Source: Cylindrospermopsis raciborskii Cr2010
GTDB taxonomy: Bacteria; Cyanobacteriota; Cyanobacteriia; Cyanobacteriales; Nostocaceae
Assembly: GCF_003367075.2 (NCBI RefSeq)
Contig: NZ_CP065936.1
Location: 840,001-872,000, forward strand
Direction: 5' to 3'
DNA: 32,000 bases
Part shown: positions 8,668 through 16,911 of the stretch, piece after piece
Numbering within the stretch: the stretch's first letter is position 1
How the letters are laid out: each line of letters starts with the position of its first letter
Notes under the pieces: model-generated
Databases searched by the model: none
Seen by the model: only the letters and a program-made list of their open reading frames with translations
Told to the model about the DNA's origin: nothing
Position numbers and translations under genes: made by a program

Positions 8668-10335
8668 CTAGACCTCATCTTGTTGATGTCCATAGTCATA
8701 AGGTCCATGGGTAACCACAGGTAAAACTTCCCAATTTTCAATAATCGGGGGAGAACTAGTAGTCCATTCTAGGGTTAAACTCTTCCAGGGATTATCACCT
8801 GCTGACTCACCATTGAACCAACTATTAATCGCATTATAAGCAAAGGGAATAACAGAAATAGCTAAAATGAATGCTCCCACCGTACAAATCTGGTTCAAAC
8901 TAATAAATTGTGGGTCATACATAGCCACTCGTCTTGGCATCCCTTGTAATCCCAGTTCGTGCATTGGTAAAAATGTTAGGTTAGTACCAATAAAAGTCAG
9001 AATAAAGTGGATTTTACCCCAAGTTTCATTCATGATTTTACCGGTGATTTTGGGAAACCAATGATAGATACCAGAGTAAATGCCAAAAACAGAACCACCA
9101 AATAAAACATAGTGAAAATGGGCAACCACATAATAGGTATCATGAACGTGAACGTCAAAGGGAGCAGTTCCCATAGTTACGCCACTTAAACCACCCATAA
9201 CAAACATTGATAATAAACCAATTGCAAACAACATTGCACTGGTAAATCGGATTTTACCACCCCAAAGAGTTGCCACCCAACCAAATATCTTTACCCCTGT
9301 AGGAACAGCAACTATTAGTGTGGAAATAGTGAAAAACATGCGCATCCAACCAGGAGTACCACTGGTAAACATGTGGTGAACCCACACAAATAAACCTACC
9401 ACACAAATGGCAACACTAGAATAGGCGATCGCCTTATATCCAAAAATTGGTTTGCGCGCATGGGTAGGAATCACTTCTGACATAATGCCAAAAATTGGCA
9501 GAATCATTAAATAAACTGCTGGATGGGAATAAAACCAAAATAGATGTTGGTAAATAATCACGTTACCACCAGCATCAGGTTTGAAGAAGGAGGTACCGAA
9601 ATTAATGTCAAATAGTAGCAAAACTAAGCCTGCTGCTAACACGGGAGTGGATAAAAGTGCCAGAATAGAAGTTGCTAAAATTGCCCAACAAAATAGGGGA
9701 ACTTGATCCCATTTCATGCTAGGAACTTTCATCATCAAAATTGTGATGACAAAGTTAATTGAACCCAAAATTGAGGAAGTTCCTACTAAAACAATTGCTA
9801 AAATCCAGAGACTTTGAGCGATGGGGGCGGTAATTAAACTTAGGGGTGGATAGGCGGTCCAACCGGATTGAGAACCACCAAAAAAGAAACTGGCTAATAA
9901 TAGCAAACCTGCGGGGGGATTTAACCAAAAAGCAATGGCGTTTAATTTAGGAAATGCCATATCTCTAGCACCCACCATTAAGGGTACTAAATAATTACCA
10001 AATCCCCCAATAGCGCTGGGAACAATCCAAAGAAATATCATGATTGTTCCGTGATTAGTCATGAAGGCGTTATACAGATTGGGGTCAATGAAATCAGCGT
10101 CGGGTGTGGCTAATTCTGTGCGGATGGCAACGGCCATTAACCCACCTATTAAATAGAAGAAAAAGGCGGTGACTAAATATTGAATACCGATGACTTTATG
10201 ATCGGTATTAAAAGTAAAATAGTCTTTAAATTTCCAAGGTTCTTGATGTGAAGTGTGGGATACCAGAAGAGTTTTTTGTTGACTTTGATCTGGTGGATTT
10301 GTTGGTATTTCAGGAAAAAATTCGCTGGAAGTCAT
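8668..10335 (-). CDS. ctaD: Cytochrome c oxidase subunit I
   Basis: 555 aa. Contains DHKVIGIQYL, LFWFYSHPAVYLMILP, VWVHHMFTSG and YVVAHFHYVL, the heme a / CuB ligand motifs. Confidence 0.96.
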   Translation of the reverse strand: MTSSEFFPEIPTNPPDQSQQKTLLVSHTSHQEPWKFKDYFTFNTDHKVIGIQYLVTAFFFYLIGGLMAVAIRTELATPDADFIDPNLYNAFMTNHGTIMIFLWIVPSAIGGFGNYLVPLMVGARDMAFPKLNAIAFWLNPPAGLLLLASFFFGGSQSGWTAYPPLSLITAPIAQSLWILAIVLVGTSSILGSINFVITILMMKVPSMKWDQVPLFCWAILATSILALLSTPVLAAGLVLLLFDINFGTSFFKPDAGGNVIIYQHLFWFYSHPAVYLMILPIFGIMSEVIPTHARKPIFGYKAIAYSSVAICVVGLFVWVHHMFTSGTPGWMRMFFTISTLIVAVPTGVKIFGWVATLWGGKIRFTSAMLFAIGLLSMFVMGGLSGVTMGTAPFDVHVHDTYYVVAHFHYVLFGGSVFGIYSGIYHWFPKITGKIMNETWGKIHFILTFIGTNLTFLPMHELGLQGMPRRVAMYDPQFISLNQICTVGAFILAISVIPFAYNAINSWFNGESAGDNPWKSLTLEWTTSSPPIIENWEVLPVVTHGPYDYGHQQDEV

Positions 10336-10360
10336 GAGAATTATAAGTTGTGAGTTTTGG

Positions 10361-11347
10361 TTATTTGGTGATGCTCTTAAATGAGGGAATGATTTGGGAA
10401 TTTATTCCCATATTCTGAACATAGGGCGCTAGAAATTCCGTGGGAGATACATCACCAGGGTTAACAGCTAATATTTGGGGAGAATTTTGTTGTGCTACCT
10501 GATTTTCTGTTAACCAATGATTAAATTCCTCCTGACTGTGAACAATTACTTGGCTGCGCATGGAACCATGATAACCACCACATAATTCTGTGCAAACTAT
10601 GGGATAGGTTCCTGGTTTTGTTGCTACAAATCTCAGTTCTGTTGGTACACCAGGAATCGCATCTTGCTTGAGACGAAATTGGGGAACCCAAAATGAGTGA
10701 ATTACATCTGTCGCGGACAGGTTTAACTGTACGTCTGCACCTACAGGAATATGTAATTCTCCTGCATTTATGTCGGTTTCGGGATAGTTAAATAACCATG
10801 CAAATTGCATTCCTTGAACATTAACTACCAAATCTGCTGGTTTGTTTTGAGTTTCAGGACTTGCGCCAATCCCAATATTAGCAGCAGGTGTGTGAAGGGA
10901 ATTACTGGAAGATTTACTTTCATTATCCATGGTAGCTGCTATTGCTGTACCTGAAACATGGGCAATATGATGGGGATGACTACCTGGTTCTAAACCTCCC
11001 ATTTGATTATAGATATTGACGCTGTAAATACCTAAAGCAATTACAATTACTGTGGGTATGGCAGTCCAAAAAATCTCTAGGGCTAAATTGCCTTCTATGG
11101 GTATACCATCACTAGCATCTCCTGCACGACGACGATACACAAATAAGAAAATTACTATGGTTCCTTCAACTATTAAAAATAGAGCTACTGCAATGGTAAA
11201 CATGACATTAAAAAAATTGTCTACCAAGGGCGCTTGGGCTGAAGCTTGTATGGGTAACAAATGATGATGTTGTCCTATCCATATACTAATAGGAGAAATT
11301 ATCATTCCTACCAATAGTGTCCATAATGATACGGGAACTTTTTGCAT
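10361..11347 (-). CDS. ctaC: Cytochrome c oxidase subunit II (CuA site intact)
   Basis: 328 aa with two N-terminal TM helices. The cupredoxin domain has HSFWVPQF ... CTELCGGYHGSM, a complete CuA ligand set. This indicates a cytochrome c oxidase rather than an ARTO-type quinol oxidase. Confidence 0.93.
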   Translation of the reverse strand: MQKVPVSLWTLLVGMIISPISIWIGQHHHLLPIQASAQAPLVDNFFNVMFTIAVALFLIVEGTIVIFLFVYRRRAGDASDGIPIEGNLALEIFWTAIPTVIVIALGIYSVNIYNQMGGLEPGSHPHHIAHVSGTAIAATMDNESKSSSNSLHTPAANIGIGASPETQNKPADLVVNVQGMQFAWLFNYPETDINAGELHIPVGADVQLNLSATDVIHSFWVPQFRLKQDAIPGVPTELRFVATKPGTYPIVCTELCGGYHGSMRSQVIVHSQEEFNHWLTENQVAQQNSPQILAVNPGDVSPTEFLAPYVQNMGINSQIIPSFKSITK

Positions 11348-11454
11348 AGGTTCTTTATTTGTGTGGTTGTGTTGTCAATTATCAGTTCCTATCTACAGTT
11401 TTACCTCACTCTATTGCCAAGTTGATAAAACTCCAGATTTTTTTCATATCCCCT

Positions 11455-11570
11455 GGTGACTGGAATTAAATATAAGATGAACCTAGGTTGGGTTGAAGTA
11501 TGAAACCCAACACCCCCACCGGTTACGCCATCGTCAACCCATCCTACAAATCATTGTGCCTCCCCACTTA
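11455..11570. repeat. Hairpin repeat element, copy 3 (inverted orientation, interrupted by a 65-bp insertion)
   Basis: GGAATTAAATATAAGATGAAC [65 bp] AAATCATTGTGCCTCCCCACTTA is the reverse complement of copies 1 and 2. It is split exactly within the hairpin. Confidence 0.7.
11483..11547. mobile_element. 65-bp MITE-like element nested in hairpin repeat copy 3
   Basis: The termini CTAGGTTGGGTTGA (11483-11496) and TCAACCCATCCTAC (11534-11547) are inverted repeats matching at 12 of 14 positions. There is an internal hairpin GTTGGGTT-N9-AACCCAAC. The element has no coding capacity. Confidence 0.5.
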
Positions 11571-11586
11571 AATCTACAGAATAAAT

Positions 11587-12636
11587 ATGATAAATAACAA
11601 ATTATTTCAGGAAGTGTTGTTAATTTTGAACTTTTCTTTTAACTCTTATCTCCACTCCTTGTATAATTTTGGTGTTCTGTTATTATTTAGTCCCTTGAAA
11701 CATATCAATAAACATATCAATTTTGATAATTTGTCGGTTGATGACTTGTCTCTCTGGATGGCACAATCCCAAACTTCTATATCCCAAGGTCAAGTTCTTC
11801 AGCGTATACCTCTGTTGGCTAATATTAATCCTCTATTGTTTGCTGTTTATATTTATTCTAAACCTAATATTCATTATAGTCTGGGAGATTATACTACTCC
11901 TTTCCCTTTCATGAGTGTTATTAAACCTTTTAGTTTTTTATATCTCCTTGAACATGTGGGTGAGGACCAGGTTCTTCAATCTGTGGGTACATCCCCTTCA
12001 TCAATGGCTTTTAATTCCTTAGAACAGCTAATTTCAGATAAGGGATACCCCCGCAACCCTATGATTAATAGTGGTGCCATTACTGTGGCTCATAAATTAA
12101 ATAATATAAGTCAGGTAATTAATAGTAGTAATTATACAGGAAGTTTTCTGTCTCAACCTTTTGTTGAATGGTTAAATAAATTGGCAGATACCCAACTATA
12201 CTTGGACGTGGCTATGTTGACTTCTGTCCGATCTACCCGTTCTCCTCTCAATTTGGCGATCGCACGGATTCTGTATGAAAATGGATATATTGACAATATT
12301 GAATCTGCTCTGGATATCTATGAGGAAATATGCTGTATTTCCGGAACGGTAGTAGATGTGGGGAAGTTGGGAAAATTATTGGCTCGGGAAAGTGGTTTAA
12401 TCGCTCCTGAGCATCGTCTATTGGTCAATCACGTCATGTTAGGTTGTGGACTTTATGAGTCCTCCCCCTACTATGCTCAAAAAATTGGTTTACCTATGAA
12501 GTCAGGTATTAGTGGGGCACTTTTGGCAATAATACCTGATCACGGTGCGATCGCTATTTATAGTCCTGCTTTAGATTTAACTGGTAATTCTATAGCAGGA
12601 CTAAGGTTTATTGAAACTTTATTTAGTAAATTGTGA
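11587..12636 (+). CDS. glsA: Glutaminase A (start codon uncertain)
   Basis: Contains RIPLLANINPLLFAV, the catalytic S-x-x-K in FMSVIKPF, and NPMINSGAITVA. The first ~45 codons (MINNKLFQEVLLILNFSF...) are AT-rich and not protein-like. The true start may be internal, but upstream of the ATG at 11758, because LSVDDLSLW looks like part of the conserved N-terminus. Confidence 0.85.
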   Translation: MINNKLFQEVLLILNFSFNSYLHSLYNFGVLLLFSPLKHINKHINFDNLSVDDLSLWMAQSQTSISQGQVLQRIPLLANINPLLFAVYIYSKPNIHYSLGDYTTPFPFMSVIKPFSFLYLLEHVGEDQVLQSVGTSPSSMAFNSLEQLISDKGYPRNPMINSGAITVAHKLNNISQVINSSNYTGSFLSQPFVEWLNKLADTQLYLDVAMLTSVRSTRSPLNLAIARILYENGYIDNIESALDIYEEICCISGTVVDVGKLGKLLARESGLIAPEHRLLVNHVMLGCGLYESSPYYAQKIGLPMKSGISGALLAIIPDHGAIAIYSPALDLTGNSIAGLRFIETLFSKL

Positions 12637-14034
12637 TGTTTCCATTAATGCAGGGGAAGAAACAGGAGGTTCCGGAGTTGGTTTTGGCGCTAATGCTTCC
12701 TGGGTGGTTTCAGGTGTAGTCTCAACTGATGGAGAAATAGGAGGTTCCGGAGTTGGTTTTGGCGCTACTGCTTCCTGGGTAGTTTCAGGTGTAGTCTCAA
12801 CTGGTGGAGAAATAGGAGGTTCCGGAGTTGGTTTTGGCGCTACTGCTTCCTGGGTGATTTCAGGTGTAGTCTCAACTGGTGGAGAAACAGGAGGTTCCGG
12901 AGTTGGTTTTGGCGCTATCGCTTCCTGGGTAGTTTCAGGTGTAGTCTCAACTGGTGGAGAAACAGGAGGTTCCGGAGTTGGTTTTGGCGCTATCGCTTCC
13001 TGGGTAGTTTCAGGTGTAGTCTCAACTGATGGAGAAACAGGAGTCTCCACATAATTTTGGTCTACAATCCCTCTTACCTCTTGAGCAGTAACCTCTCCCC
13101 TCACGATTTTCGATAGAGTATCCTGACCACCGGGTTGATAATCAATCATTCTCACCGTGCTGTTAAATACGTTCTTAACAGGATTACCTTCATTGTCCAA
13201 AAATTCCAGTTCTAGCCAGTTTTTACCGGGTTTAAACCCTTTGAGGTAAATTGTCTGCCAATTGTCTAAAACAAAACTTTCACCATTAATAGTGCAACGA
13301 ATTCGCCAATTACCTATATTACTACCTACATTACCTTCCTCACCTTCAAGATTTTCTTGTGCACCCGTATGTAAAGGGGCATTTCCAAGATAAAAATCTA
13401 ACATTATTGGCTCCGCACCATAATTACCATTAGGACGACTGTAAGTAAGTAGAGGTAAATTAGGGTCAGGATTATTATCGCTGCTTTTTGTTAATACATG
13501 GAAAGTTGTTTGTGCATAAGCTCCCTCATTCTTAAAACTTTCGTGCCAGGGACGAGATGCAAAAACTCTGAGTGTATGTGTACCAGCAGATAAATCTTTA
13601 AGCACTAATGGAATATTTACATCGTAAACCGGTATGTAAGGTTGATTATCAAGAATAACGTGTAAATGTGGACCTAGCTGAAGTTGAGGATGCTTAAAGA
13701 TTGGTAAATCCCTCACCTGGAAACGCACTGCTACAGAGTTCTCTTCTATAACCTGATCAAAGATGGGATTAATTATTGATACCTGTGGTTGATAAGGTTC
13801 TAAATTAGATTCTAGCTCTTGAATAACTTGTGGTGGGGATACCTCAGAGAACTGTCGTGGTGTTTGGGGAATTTCAACTGCTGGTTTTTCTGGTTCAATA
13901 ACTACATCTTGCCCTCCTGCTTTATCAGTACAAGCACTAGTATAAAAGGCTATTATAAGAATAACAACCCATCTTGTTAGGGAAAAGCAAAATTGAAAAA
14001 GGCTTTTTTTCATTTGTATTAACTTATGGTTCAT
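12619..14034 (-). CDS. Putative secreted protein or lipoprotein with a Pro/Thr/Glu-rich C-terminal tandem repeat
   Basis: The ORF is open from a TTG at 14058, with ATGs at 14034 and 14013. MKKSLFQFCFSLTRWVVILIIAFYTSAC looks like a signal peptide with a lipobox-like Cys. A ~300-aa beta-rich region follows (GPHLHVILDNQPY, GTHTLRVFA), then 5 x 25-aa repeats PVSPPVETTPETTQEAIAPKPTPEP. Confidence 0.75.
   Translation of the reverse strand: MNHKLIQMKKSLFQFCFSLTRWVVILIIAFYTSACTDKAGGQDVVIEPEKPAVEIPQTPRQFSEVSPPQVIQELESNLEPYQPQVSIINPIFDQVIEENSVAVRFQVRDLPIFKHPQLQLGPHLHVILDNQPYIPVYDVNIPLVLKDLSAGTHTLRVFASRPWHESFKNEGAYAQTTFHVLTKSSDNNPDPNLPLLTYSRPNGNYGAEPIMLDFYLGNAPLHTGAQENLEGEEGNVGSNIGNWRIRCTINGESFVLDNWQTIYLKGFKPGKNWLELEFLDNEGNPVKNVFNSTVRMIDYQPGGQDTLSKIVRGEVTAQEVRGIVDQNYVETPVSPSVETTPETTQEAIAPKPTPEPPVSPPVETTPETTQEAIAPKPTPEPPVSPPVETTPEITQEAVAPKPTPEPPISPPVETTPETTQEAVAPKPTPEPPISPSVETTPETTQEALAPKPTPEPPVSSPALMETSQFTK
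12655..13045. repeat. Tandem repeat, 75 bp x 5 (plus partial flanks), in-frame within CDS 12619-14034
   Basis: AGGAGGTTCCGG recurs at 12664, 12739, 12814, 12889 and 12964, an exact 75-bp period, with a partial unit at 13039. The units differ at only a few positions. Confidence 0.95.
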
Positions 14035-14289
14035 ACCCTTACCTAAGGTTCTCCTCAAGAAAATCTATTGATCACATATTAAACGACAACAAGTCTCACT
14101 CACACATTTTCCCCTAAACTTAGGAAAAATAATCATTCTGTAGTTTGAGATAGATTGCTCTTCTCCAACCGAATTGCCATATTAAGTAACATTAGTTACC
14201 AGAAATTATGGTAATAGTTTACGTACAACTAAGGTCGGGAGAGCAGGGACAGGGTGGCCACAGGATCCTAAAAACTATTAGTTTTAAGA

Positions 14290-14307
14290 ATTGTAATGGT
14301 TTGTAAA
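14290..14307 (-). promoter_or_regulatory. HLR1-like direct repeat (candidate RpaB-type site) upstream of psaA
   Basis: The minus strand reads TTTACAAA-CC-ATTACAAT, against the HLR1 consensus (G/T)TTACA(T/A)(T/A)-N2-(G/T)TTACA(T/A)(T/A). There is one mismatch, at the first base of the second half. It sits 16 bp upstream of a TTGACT hexamer (14324-14329). Confidence 0.4.
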
Positions 14308-14545
14308 TTAAATAAAAAAACTATTGACTTTTTAGCAAGAGACCCAAATATAAAAGGCAGATGTAACAACGAATCTGGCAATTTTAAATTATTGTTAAAA
14401 TGTCTCCAACAAAGTACAAGTACAGACTCTATAATTCAACAGAAACGAAAAATCCACACGGTTCCAGAAAACAACTGGAAACGAAGAGTAAAATTAACTC
14501 TGTGGTGTCCATGATTCCTCATTCCCTATTGACAGAGGAGGTCGA

Positions 14546-16801
14546 ATGACGATTAGTCCTCCGGAGCGAGAGGCGAAAAAAGCAAGAGTCATAGTTGATA
14601 ATGACCCCGTGCCTACCTCATTTGAGAAATGGGCCCAACCTGGTCACTTCGACAGATCCTTGGCTAAAGGTCCAAAAACCACCACGTGGATTTGGGACCT
14701 CCACGCCCTCGCCCACGATTTCGATACGCACACAAGCGACTTAGAAGACATTTCCCGCAAAATCTTCTCCGCACACTTTGGCCATTTGGCCGTGGTGACA
14801 ATATGGTTAAGCGGAATGATCTTCCATGGAGCTAAGTTCTCTAATTACGAAGCTTGGTTAGCAGATCCGCTAGGGGTAAAACCCAGCGCGCAAACTGTAT
14901 GGCCAATTGTGGGACAAGACATTTTAAATGGTGATGTTGGTGGCGGTTTCCACGGCATTCAAATCACCTCTGGGTTATTTCAAGTGTGGCGTGGTTGGGG
15001 TATAACCAGCTCATTCCAACTTTATGTAACTGCTATTGGCGGTTTAGTGTTAGCAGGTTTATTCCTGTTTGCTGGTTGGTTCCACTACCACAAACGCGCT
15101 CCCAAACTGGAATGGTTCCAAAACGTGGAGTCAATGCTAAATCACCACTTAGCCGTATTATTAGGCTGTGGTTCCTTGGGATGGACAGGTCACATTATTC
15201 ACGTTTCCGCACCAGTTAACAAACTGTTGGATTCCGGTGTGGCTATTAAGGATATTCCCTTGCCTCATGAGTTCATTTTGAACAAAGAACTGATTGCCCA
15301 CCTGTATCCTAGCTTTGCTAGTGGGTTAACTCCTTTCTTCACCTTGAACTGGGGAGCCTACGCTGACATTTTGACCTTTAAAGGTGGATTGAATCCAGTA
15401 ACAGGCGGGCTGTGGATGACTGATATTGCTCATCACCACCTGGCGATCGCAGTGTTATTCATCATCGCTGGTCACATGTACCGCACCAACTGGGGTATCG
15501 GTCACAGCATCAAAGATATCCTAGAAAACCACAAGGGTCCTTTCACAGGTGAAGGTCATAAAGGTCTCTACGAAAACCTGACCACCTCTTGGCATGCCCA
15601 ACTGGCTACCAACCTGGCTTTCTTGGGTTCCTTGACAATCATCATCGCTCATCACATGTACGCGATGCCTCCCTATCCATATTTGGCAACCGACTACGCC
15701 ACACAGTTGTGTATATTTACACACCACATGTGGATAGGTGGGTTCCTGATTGTAGGTGGTGCTGCTCACGCGGCAATCTTCATGGTGCGCGACTATGATC
15801 CAGTAGTGAACCAAAACAACGTGTTGGATCGTGTGATTCGTCACCGTGATGCTATCATATCTCACCTCAACTGGGTTTGTATATTCTTAGGCTTTCATAG
15901 CTTTGGTTTGTACATTCACAATGACACAATGAGTGCTCTGGGTCGTCCCCAGGACATGTTCTCAGACACAGCAATTCAATTGCAACCAGTGTTTGCTCAG
16001 TGGATACAAAATCAACACCACCTAGCACCCGGAACAACAGCACCCAATGCTCTAGAAGCAGTAAGCTACGTGTTTGGCGGTGGAGTGTTGGCAGTAGGTG
16101 GCAAAGTAGCAGCTGCAGCTATTCCTTTAGGCACAGCGGACTTTTTGATTCACCACATTCACGCTTTTACCATTCATGTAACAGTGCTAATCCTGCTCAA
16201 AGGTGTACTGTATGCTCGTAGTTCTCGTTTAATTCCAGATAAAGCCAATTTAGGCTTCCGCTTCCCTTGCGACGGTCCAGGTCGTGGTGGTACCTGCCAA
16301 GTTTCCGGTTGGGACCATGTATTCCTAGGACTGTTCTGGATGTATAACTCCCTATCTATTGTAATCTTCCACTTTAGCTGGAAAATGCAGTCGGATGTAT
16401 GGGGTACTGTAGATGATGGGGTGGTTAGTCACATCACAGGTGATAACTTTGCCCAAGGTGCCATCACCATCAACGGTTGGTTACGGGATTTCCTGTGGGC
16501 ACAAGCTACAGAAGTAATCAACTCCTACGGTAGTGAACTATCCGCTTACGGACTAATGTTTTTGGGCGCTCACTTCATTTGGGCATTCAGTTTAATGTTC
16601 CTGTTCAGTGGTCGCGGCTACTGGCAAGAATTAATTGAGTCCATAGTTTGGGCACATAATAAACTAAAAGTAGCTCCCACAATTCAACCCCGCGCTTTGA
16701 GCATCACTCAAGGTCGGGCCGTAGGTGTAGCTCACTACCTCCTGGGAGGAATTGCCACTACCTGGGCATTCTTCCACGCACACATCCTTTCGGTAGGTTA
16801 A
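14546..16801 (+). CDS. psaA: Photosystem I P700 chlorophyll a apoprotein A1
   Basis: 751 aa starting [35 protein letters not shown]. The FX cluster motif is [25 protein letters not shown] lies at 14535-14541. Confidence 0.99.
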   Translation: MTISPPEREAKKARVIVDNDPVPTSFEKWAQPGHFDRSLAKGPKTTTWIWDLHALAHDFDTHTSDLEDISRKIFSAHFGHLAVVTIWLSGMIFHGAKFSNYEAWLADPLGVKPSAQTVWPIVGQDILNGDVGGGFHGIQITSGLFQVWRGWGITSSFQLYVTAIGGLVLAGLFLFAGWFHYHKRAPKLEWFQNVESMLNHHLAVLLGCGSLGWTGHIIHVSAPVNKLLDSGVAIKDIPLPHEFILNKELIAHLYPSFASGLTPFFTLNWGAYADILTFKGGLNPVTGGLWMTDIAHHHLAIAVLFIIAGHMYRTNWGIGHSIKDILENHKGPFTGEGHKGLYENLTTSWHAQLATNLAFLGSLTIIIAHHMYAMPPYPYLATDYATQLCIFTHHMWIGGFLIVGGAAHAAIFMVRDYDPVVNQNNVLDRVIRHRDAIISHLNWVCIFLGFHSFGLYIHNDTMSALGRPQDMFSDTAIQLQPVFAQWIQNQHHLAPGTTAPNALEAVSYVFGGGVLAVGGKVAAAAIPLGTADFLIHHIHAFTIHVTVLILLKGVLYARSSRLIPDKANLGFRFPCDGPGRGGTCQVSGWDHVFLGLFWMYNSLSIVIFHFSWKMQSDVWGTVDDGVVSHITGDNFAQGAITINGWLRDFLWAQATEVINSYGSELSAYGLMFLGAHFIWAFSLMFLFSGRGYWQELIESIVWAHNKLKVAPTIQPRALSITQGRAVGVAHYLLGGIATTWAFFHAHILSVG

Positions 16802-16815
16802 CAACTTCAGGCGAT

Positions 16816-16856
16816 ATTTTGGGTTTTGGAAATTACCAAAATCTAAGACCCAAAAT
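16816..16856 (+). other. Imperfect nested stem-loop in the psaA-psaB intergenic spacer
   Basis: ATTTTGGGT (16816-16824) pairs with ACCCAAAAT (16848-16856). The inner stem is TTTGG/CCAAA with loop AAATTA, plus a 7-nt bulge. Confidence 0.5.
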
Positions 16857-16911
16857 GTCTCTGATACTAAGCAATGGCTAAAGGTCAAAGGTCAGAGGAA
16901 TCATCAACCCT

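Noticed and set aside
12655-13045. Regularly spaced repeats considered as a CRISPR array
   Set aside because: The units are contiguous 75-bp tandem copies with no unique spacers. They are in-frame within a long ORF, and there are no cas genes.
12611-13054. 147-aa plus-strand ORF (GGSGVGFGA...SWVVSGVVSTGGE repeats)
   Set aside because: It is the antisense shadow of the 75-bp tandem repeat inside the minus-strand lipoprotein gene. It has no independent start context, and the opposite-strand ORF is far longer, with a signal peptide and a non-repetitive domain.
14186-14199. Perfect NtcA-type palindrome GTA-N8-TAC (GTAACATTAGTTAC) between the lipoprotein gene and psaA
   Set aside because: No TAN3T -10 box lies at the required ~22-nt spacing in either direction. 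About 8 such palindromes are expected by chance in 32 kb, so this is not supportable as a real NtcA site.
14296-14514. 72-aa ORF immediately upstream of psaA
   Set aside because: It is Lys/Asn-rich with AT-driven composition, has no RBS, and lies in the expected psaA promoter/leader. It is most likely non-coding.
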